Shown here in pieces: positions 55,493 to 64,000 of a DNA stretch of 64,000 bases (positions are counted from its first letter, which is position 1; every line of letters starts with the position of its first letter). The position numbers and the translations under genes were made by a program. The DNA comes from Macrostomum lignano (Eukaryota): positions 1-64,000 of the forward strand of contig NIVC01001453.1 in the NCBI GenBank assembly GCA_002269645.1. The letters are read 5' to 3'. Below the pieces are notes generated by a model that did not search any database, was not told the origin of the DNA, and worked only from the letters and a program-made list of their open reading frames with translations.

Positions 55493-58400
55493 ATGGCGCA
55501 CCAGCCAATGTTCCACGCAATCGAATTGGACGGTGAAGACTCGGGCATCTCAAACGAGTCGCTAACGTCGCACAACACTTTTCTCAAACGAGCACATCAT
55601 CAAGGCTATTCAATGAGCCAGCCAGAGCGAGATTCGGTGTTGCAGCAGCAGCAGCAGCAGCAGCAGCAGCCCACAGGAGCCGAGCTGTACAACCACCCCA
55701 TGGCGATGTCAGCCATCAGCGAGGTCCCGTCGCCGACATCAACGAAACCGCCAAATTTCGGCCAGCTGCAGACTCAGCAGTCGCAGCCGCACAGTCTGCC
55801 TAGTCATCGACAGCAGGCCAACGGAGAGGATGGCGGCGGCGAAGTTGTTGACGAAGAAGGAAATTCCGCGGATTTTCCGCGGAACGGACGCATGACTCAG
55901 AGCCTGACTTACGGCCGCGGCGTGTCGGTTCAGACTAGGAGGCAGATGCTGGCGCACAGTCTGGCGATGCTGGGACACGAAACCAGGGCCAAGCAGAAAG
56001 ATCTCGATAGAAGGGAGCGGGAAGTGCAAGTGGCCACGAATAAGGCGACAGAACAGGTGATAGCTCGTGTGACTCAGGTTGAAGATCTTGTTGAAGGTCT
56101 GGCTGAGGTGTGAATGCACTACTGACACAGTGAACAGAGAACACTGACACTAGAACACTGACACTAGAACACTGACACTAGAACACTGACACTAGAACAC
56201 TGACACTAGAACACTGACACCAACTGACACTAGAACACTGACACCAACTGACACTAGAACACTGACACCAACTGACACTAGAACACTGACACTAACTGAC
56301 ACTATAACACTGACACCAACTGACACTAGAACACTGACACCAACTGACACTAGAACACTGACACCAACTGATACTAGAACACTGACACTAACTGACACTA
56401 GAACACTGACACTAACTGATACTAGAACACTGACACCAACTGACACTAGAACACTGACACCAACTGACACTAGAACACTGACACCAACTGATACTAGAAC
56501 ACTGACACTAACTGACACTAGAACACTGACACCAACTGACACTAGAACACTGACACCAACTAATACTAGAACACTGACACTAGAACACTGACACCAACTG
56601 ACACTAGAACACTGACACTAGAACACTGACACCAACTGACACTAGAACACTGACACTAACTGACACTAGAACACTGACACCAACTGACACTAGAACACTG
56701 ACACCAACTGACACTAGAACACTGACACCAACTGACACTAGAACACTGACACCAACTAATACTAGAACACTGACACTAGAACACTGACACCAACTGACAC
56801 TAGAACACTGACACCAACTGACACTAGAACACTGACACCAACTGACACTAGAACACTGTCACCAACTGACACTAGAACACTGTCACCAACTGACACTAGA
56901 ACACTGACACCAACTGACACTAGAACACTGACACCAACTAATACTAGAACACTGACACTAGAACACTGACACCAACTGACACTAGAACACTGACACCAAC
57001 TGACACTAGAACACTGACACCAACTGACACTAGAACACTGTCACCAACTGACACTAGAACACTGACACCAACTGACACTAGAACACTGACACCAACTGAC
57101 ACTAGAACACTGACACCAACTGACACTAGAACACTGACACTAACTGACACTAGAACACTGACACCAACTGACACTAGAACACTGACACTAACTGACACTA
57201 GAACACTGACACCAACTAATACTAGAACACTGACACTAGAACACTGTCACCAACTGACACTAGAACACTGACACCAACTGACACTAGAACACTGACACCA
57301 ACTGACACTAGAACACTGACACTAGAACACTGACACCAACTGGCACTAGAACACTGTCACCAACTGACACTAGAACACTGTCACCAACTGACACTAGAAC
57401 ACTGACACTAGAACACTAACACCAACTGACACTAGAACACTGTCACCAAGTGACATTAGAACACTGTCACCAACTGACACTAGAACACTGTCACCAACTG
57501 ACACTAGAACACTGACACCAACTAATACTAGAACACTGACACCAACTGACACTAGAACACTGACACTAGAACACTGTCACCAACTGACACTAGAACACTG
57601 ACACCAACTAATACTAGAACACTGACACCAACTGACACTAGAACACTGACACTAGAACACTGTCACCAACTGACACTAAAATACTGACACACTGAACAGA
57701 GAATGCTGACATCACAGCAGACTTGGCTTTCGTCCTGATCATCGCCCTCAGAGTGCAAACTAATTAACTAACTTAATAAGCACTCCACCATCAAATCAAG
57801 GTTGAGTACATGCTCAAACTAACCGACAAGCTGCACAGATACGAAGACGAGAACAGCCGACTTCGACAGCAGGTAGAATTATTCGAAGCCGAGACCAGCA
57901 AACTGCTGGACGATCTGCAGGAGAAAGACGCCGAGCTGGACGAGAAGGAAGACGAACTGGCCCGGTGCAACGCTTACTGCGACGAACTGCTAGAAGAGCT
58001 GGGCAGATCGCGCCAGGACATCGCCCAAATCCGCGCCAAAGCTGACGAGCTTCGCGTTGAGAAAGTTGTGCTCAGTAAGAATCGCGCTGACGGTCAGAAG
58101 AGCCTCAGCGAGTGGGAGGAAATGAAGAGGGCCAATTTGAAGTTGCAACGGCAGGCGGCGCACGCTGAAAAAGAGGCGAAACGGGCGCAGCGGGAGGCGC
58201 TGGCGATGCGTGAGAGTCTCGAGGAGCTGCAGGTGAGCGACGGTTCAGAGAACCAAGAATTGTGCATTCTAAATGAGACTAACGTAACATTGAGCAGTGT
58301 TAGTGAGTGGAGAAATAGGTGGGCATGCAATGTTACTAGGTGTGGGTACTAGCGTAATGGAGTAGAGGGGCAGTGTTACCAAGGTGTGATGTGAGTAAAG

Positions 58401-59578
58401 GAGTAGATGAGCAGTGTTACCTGGTGTGAGTAGGAGTAGATGAGCAGTACTACCAGGTGTGAGTAGGAGTAGATGAGCAGTACTACCAGGTGTGAGTAGG
58501 AGTAGATGAGCAGTACTACCAGGTGTGAGTAGGAGTAGATGAGCAGTACTACCAGGTGTGAGTAGGAGTAGATGAGCAGTACTACCAGGTGTGAGTAGGA
58601 GTAGATGAGCATGCCTACCAGGTGTGAGTAGGAATAGATGAGCATGCCTACCAGGTGTGAGTAGGAATAGATGAGCATGCCTACCAGGTGTGAGTAGGAA
58701 TAGATGAGCAGTGCCTACCAGGTGTGAGTAGGAATAGATGAGCAGTGCCTACCAGGTGTGAGTAGGAATAGATGAGCAGTGCCTACCAGGTGTGAGTAGG
58801 AGTAGATGAGCAGTGCTATCAGGTGTGAGTAGGAGTAGATGAGCAGTGCTATCAGGTGTGAGTAGTAGTAGATGAGCAGTGCCTACCAGGTGTGAGTAGG
58901 AGTAGATGAGCAGTGCTATCAGGTGTGAGTAGTAGTAGATGAGCAGTGCCTACCAGGTGTGAGTAGGAGTAGATGAGCAGTCCCTACCAGGTGTGAGTGG
59001 TTGTAGGTAGTACTCATCTGATAGCATGTAGATGAGTACTGCTATCAGATGTGAGTAAAGGAGTAGATGCATGAGCAGTTCTACCAGATGTGCGTAAAGA
59101 AAATGAGAAGTGCTACCAGGTCAAACAACAATGATAACTCTCAAACAAAACTTAGGCCGAGCACCAACGCCTAGTTGATGACTTCGGAGACGATTCACGC
59201 AGCAAGAAAGAGCTGCTGCAAATTATTCGCCGCCTGGCTGAGGACAAAATCGTGTGGGAGTCCTACTGCGCTCGCCTATTGAATAAGGCCGTGACAGCGG
59301 CGCCGCAGATGCTCTGCTTGGACAGGAAACCAGCGAGCGCGGAAGCAGGGACAGCAGCAGCAGCAGCAGATCCTGAAGCCGGTGTTACTTCCGACAGCGA
59401 CGAACACAGCAGCGACAGTCGCTGGGAGTCGCTGTTCAACAGACTACTCAGGTCAGTGATGCAGAATGATCCGAAATTAGCTGATTGCGTCATCGAAGCC
59501 GACTCGGCAGCTGCCGCAGCTGCTGCGGCATTGACAGCCGAAAATAAAAAAGCAAAGCCCGAACTAGCAAGCCATTGA
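55493..59578 (+). CDS. Coiled-coil protein with C-terminal FIP-RBD-like motifs (Rab11-FIP3/4, Nuf-like), 3 coding exons, 489 aa
   Basis: join(55493..56107,57801..58232,59156..59578), all phase 0 with GT/AG. Poly-Gln disordered N-terminus and a long heptad-rich exon 2. SKKELLQIIRRLAEDKIVWESYCARLLNKAVTAAPQML resembles FIP3 SRDELMEAIQKQEEINFRLQDYIDRIIVAIMETNPSIL. Confidence 0.75.
56130..57700 (+). repeat. 14/24-bp minisatellite in intron
   Basis: Units CTGACACTAGAACA and CTGACACCAA. Confidence 0.95.
58375..59120 (+). repeat. 33-bp minisatellite in intron
   Basis: Unit GAGTAGGAGTAGATGAGCAGTACTACCAGGTGT. Confidence 0.93.
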
Positions 59579-62209
59579 ACTGCTTTTATCATTGCATGAC
59601 GGAGTATTATGTTTGACTTCAAAAGAATGCTCAACTTATTTTTAATCAATCGCAAAATGATTGCTGAATGACGTTCTACATTACATGTACTCCTAGAATA
59701 CTTGTATTGACGGTTTTAGGGGTGGCTCTAATTGTTTTTGCTTCGTGATTGGTTCTTTTTTATCTAAAACGAAGCACGTGACCTGGACCCGGCTTCTGGA
59801 GTGTATATGTTGATGCATTACTTTACTTTCCTATTTTTAAACTAGCAGACTTTCGAATGTACAAATTTACTTACACAGCTAGAAGGAAATGGCTTAATGT
59901 CTGCTTGACGGTGGAGTACGAGTATCTATTTTAGTAGAAGATTACTGAAACGTTATCGAGAAGATAAGCATTCTAGCCTATGGTTTTCAACCCTATAATA
60001 GGTTTTTAGCCTATTTGAATGGCAATTACTACATAAAAGTACATTGCCGGTTTGTACGCTTTAAGATTTTATCTAACCCCAAGACTGCTGCTGATAGCTC
60101 GGGAATTCGGGAATGTACATTGTTTTGTAAAGATAAGCTTTCCCCCTCTCAGGCGTTCCAATGTACATTAGCCAATCGCCAGTATTCACGTCTTTCCTAG
60201 CTCCCAGCAGGGCCCTTTTTCGCGGGACAGATAATGATTCATCGACCATTATTTTTGCGCACTGTAAATACATGGTGCACTTATTTTCTGTTTATAACCA
60301 CTTCTATATGTCAATATACATTCAGAAGCTACATTTAATCTTTAAAGCTGTTATTTTCGTGTGTAAACAATAACAAAATCTTAAAAAACAAAGGCAAGCA
60401 GCTATGCTAATCAAGCAGATCAATCGCATGTCCAATTGTTGCCGAAATCTAATTTGCTTTTTATACTAAATTTAGCTATGCAACGTATCAGATTTTTTGG
60501 CACGGAGTTTCTTATGAAAGTACTCCTAATTTAAACAAAACATACGCCTTTTTGCTCATAAAAGTAATTAATAATAACAATATTATTTGAATTAAGCTTA
60601 ATATTTATTATAGTACTCAACAACATTAAAAATTCGCCACCTTTAAGAGTGCGCAGTAAATTCTAGCTCAGAATTGACTTTTGAGTGAGGTACGCAACTC
60701 GGTGAGGAGGGATTGGGAAGAGCGGCGCGGGGCGAAGATTGGATGGATTGAAGCTTCCGCCCGGTTTTCATTGTGTTTTTTCAATAATTTTTTATATCAA
60801 AATGGTTGGCTAGGTGATAGACGCTGGTCGAAAGGTCAGTAATAGACACACTGCTCATGCTGAGGCAAATGGTGGCGACTTTTCAATGTTGCTGAGTAGA
60901 TACATGTACATGTACTTCTTGAACTTTTTACAGTTTCTAACTAAAAATTATTTTAAACGCGACGATAGTTCGTCAATATTAATTTTCGGCCTGCACATAT
61001 TTGCATGTACATGCTAATGAAGATTGATTACTATTGTATTAAGATTGCATGTTGTACAGCTTGTAGTTCAATATTGTAGTTGCATGCCTGTTGCTAACGC
61101 AGACTCTTAACACAGATCACGTGCCGAAGCCTAAAAATTAAGGTGGCTATCATGCGACTAATTAAATGTAGTTATGTTACAAAATCGTCCGATATATTTA
61201 ACTATATCAATTACGCTTGATCAGTAACTGCTTTATATGAGCACTTACCAATCAAAGAAAATCATTTTCATAAAAATCCATGCATTTTTAGTCAACCACA
61301 TTATTCTTGTAAATCAAAGTCGACAAATTTTATGAATTCTCATGCGTATCTTACAATTTTACTGCTTACTAATCGTTTCAGTTTATTAGATTTTATAATT
61401 TCGAGAACTTCTAAAAACTTATTTTGTTTAAATAGAACCACTTGCAGACATGTCCGTGTCGTAGTAAAAAACATCGTCAGTCAAATGTACGCTCGTAGCA
61501 ACAAAACAACAAAAAATTAAATTATTATGCCAAGTATAGGGTTTGTGCGCGCGTTTAGACAGTGACTTTTTGAGCTGTCAATTATTTTTTTATTTTCCAC
61601 AAAAAAAGTTATTGGCTAAAATTTACATGCAGCAGCTCACAATATCTGTTCTCTTACACACGTTACATGTATATGAATGCAGGAAATGATATCAAAATAA
61701 TCTCAGTAACTAGTTTGAAAAAATAGAGAACCCGATACATGTATAAGGATTAACAGACGGATAAAAAAACAGGCTGGTGTAAAATGTAAAACTTTCATAG
61801 GTTTGAGCTTTGCAGTAAAATACACATTCTGAATTTTGAACATCTTTGCATGCTTATGAGAAACAACACTATTCATAACTACGTGCAGTCAATGAGTTTT
61901 AATTAGCAGGAAAAACGACCCGGTGTTTCGATATTTTTTGATGAGATGGTTACACTGATTACATCATCGTTTGGCGCTTTTCATTTCGGGGGCTAAATTT
62001 GAAGCATAATTAATTGATGTCTATGAAGCGATCGAAATCCAGTTGTCATTTTGTGCACTCTCAAGCATCTATGTGGAGGATGCCACACTGCTTGAAATTT
62101 CCGCACTTGTCAGTATCACCTTTGTCACTTGTCAGAGTTTATCATTTGTGAAGTTGCTTATAAAACAGCAGCCTTATTAAAGGCCCACGGATCCTTCGGT
62201 ACACAGTAC

Positions 62210-63981
62210 TCAAGCCTGACTGTTCGACTTAGTCGAAGAATCCTGCAGAGCGCTCACACTGCCTGGAACAGTTGAGCACACGGTCAGGTCCGGATGACTC
62301 TGACATCGACGCTTTCTTCCTTTGTAAGCTGTTCGCCAAATTTCCACGAAACAGCAGGCCGAATGGAACCGGAAGAAGATGATCAGCGGCGAGCACACGT
62401 AGGCAAAGATGTTCGACGCGACTGGTACGTAGGCGTGACTGTAGTTTGGCAGATTGTTGATCTCGCGTATCTCCAACGTGTACACAATCCACTGGGCGAT
62501 GTTGCCCAGCAGTAAGGCGGCGATCATTTCTCGGCCGGGCTTCTCCTCGATGACTTCGTCACTTTTAGAGCGACGCTTTTCACCGTCGAGAACCAGGTAG
62601 ACCTACGAGCGTAGAAGGATTGCAGTGAGCGCATTATTAGTGAGATTTGCGATCGCGGTGCTAGCAGGAGCGTAGCCAGGATTTTTATTGATGGGGCATG
62701 TTGGGACAGCGTCAGCAACAGGAAATTTTTGATATAGCGCCCCAAAAAAAGATACAGCGTCCCCAACCAAGATACAGCGTCCCCAACCAAGATACAGCGT
62801 CCCCAACCAAGATACAGCGTCCCCAACCAAGATACAGCGTCCCCAACCAAGATACAGCGTCCCCAACCAAGATACGGCGTCCCCAACCAAGATACAGCGT
62901 CCCCAACCAAGATACAGCGTCCCCAACCAAGATACAGCGTCCACAACCATGAGACAGCGTCTCTAACCAAGAGACTGCGTCCCAAACAAGAGACTGAGTA
63001 CACTGCCGAACAAGAAATGCTCAATGAGAACAAGGCCGCTGTAACACCCTGTGTGAGTGTGTGCCAGCCCAGGGATTCACAAGTAAAAGGGCATCAACTG
63101 TCGCCAATTGAATTTCGGCAGTGCCTGAAGCCCTAATAAATATAAGTAGCATAGTGCTACTAACTAACATATATAGTATTAATTTTTTATCTGACTCTCA
63201 CCTGGAAAACGCTCTGCCCAATCGAGAGCAGGCCCTCGATGATTCGCAGTGCCATAAAAACGCCTTGCTCAGCGGACGCGCCAAACAATTGAAACATCTG
63301 ATAGGCCAGCACTCCGATCAGGGTGATGCCGAGCAGCCAGGAGTCTGGTCCCGTACCAGCCCGGTGTAGCAGAGTCAACTTGCGCATTTTGGCATTCGCA
63401 ATGGCGCACAGCACCAGATTAACTGTCAGCAGGATCAGGTCTGTGATCTGATAGATTAATTGACTTGTAACGGCGTCGTCTGGCTTGTCGTTGACGTACA
63501 CGGTGAAGTAGATCCCCGACACGATGCCCAAAATGAGCAGAAAAGCGCCAAGAAAAAAACCTTTGTCAGTTTTGTAGCAGCTGGCGGAGAAGCTGGTCTG
63601 CGATCGTTTGCGATTTCTCAGACACTTCTTGGCCACGTTGAAGCCTTTGGATTGAATGACGTCCAGAAATTTGCTAACGTTTCGATACAGAGTGAAACAG
63701 GTGAACGCCGCCATCAGCGCGTACTCGATAGTGAATGGAAACAGGTAGGGCGCCATCCTCCAGAAGACGTCTTTTGAGCAAGTGCTTCCGACACTGTGTG
63801 CAGTTGTGCTGGCATTCGAGTATGTATCATTGCTGCTGTAACTGCTACTGCCGTGGTCTCCGTCGCCGTGGTCGTTGCCGCCAGAGTGATTCTTTGTACT
63901 ATGACTCGTTTCCAGCAGGATCGCTTGGAACCAAACGCACATGTTGGTAGCTAACAGGTGCATGAAGCCCAGCACAGAGAA
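62210..63981 (-). CDS. Otopetrin (OTOP family), last two exons of an apparently intact gene; 5' part lies outside the window
   Basis: join(63981..63202, 62602..62210), both phase 0. Motifs GFMHLLATNMCVWFQ, FWRMAPYLFPFTIEYALM, KGFFLG, KPGREMIAALLLGN and PLIIFFRFHSACCFVEIW. No stops or frameshifts. Confidence 0.92.
62745..62965 (+). repeat. 20-bp minisatellite in the last otopetrin intron, about 11 copies
   Basis: Unit CCCCAACCAAGATACAGCGT. Confidence 0.93.
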
Positions 63982-64000
63982 CTGTGTGTGGCAGAGTTTG

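Noticed and set aside
62665-62700. GGAGCGTAGCCAGGATTTTT, resembling a MITE terminus, in the otopetrin intron
   Set aside because: No matching inverted end or TSD within the intron.

Overview
Eukaryotic (metazoan) genomic DNA. Spliced genes have GC-rich exons, the spacers are AT-rich, and almost every intron or spacer holds its own minisatellite. This composition resembles a free-living flatworm such as Macrostomum, but that is inference only. Genes: (1) a 5-exon divergent SLC4/AE2-like anion transporter (+, 7820-14672); (2) three intronless small secreted-precursor genes in tandem on the minus strand (20275-29155). Two of these are paralogues encoding a KR-cleaved, two-cysteine 31-32 aa peptide that I do not recognise, and the third is a Pro/Arg repeat polyprotein; (3) an intronless divergent TRPV-like channel (30827-32569); (4) an otopetrin pseudogene (38266-46286) disrupted by frameshifts, a stop, a deletion and a Ty3/Gypsy retrotransposon; (5) a 3-exon Rab11-FIP3/4-like coiled-coil gene with an apparently doubled Rab-binding motif (55493-59578); (6) the 3' part of an intact otopetrin paralogue (-, 62210-63981). 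Mobile elements: nested hAT-type elements with 8-bp TSDs, a foldback MITE, a Penelope RT fragment, an internally deleted Crypton-like tyrosine-recombinase element, a tRNA-headed CORE-like SINE, and the Gypsy element with an intact -1 frameshift signal. The best candidate for an undescribed system is the secreted peptide cluster. All family assignments come from motif recognition by eye; no database searches were run.
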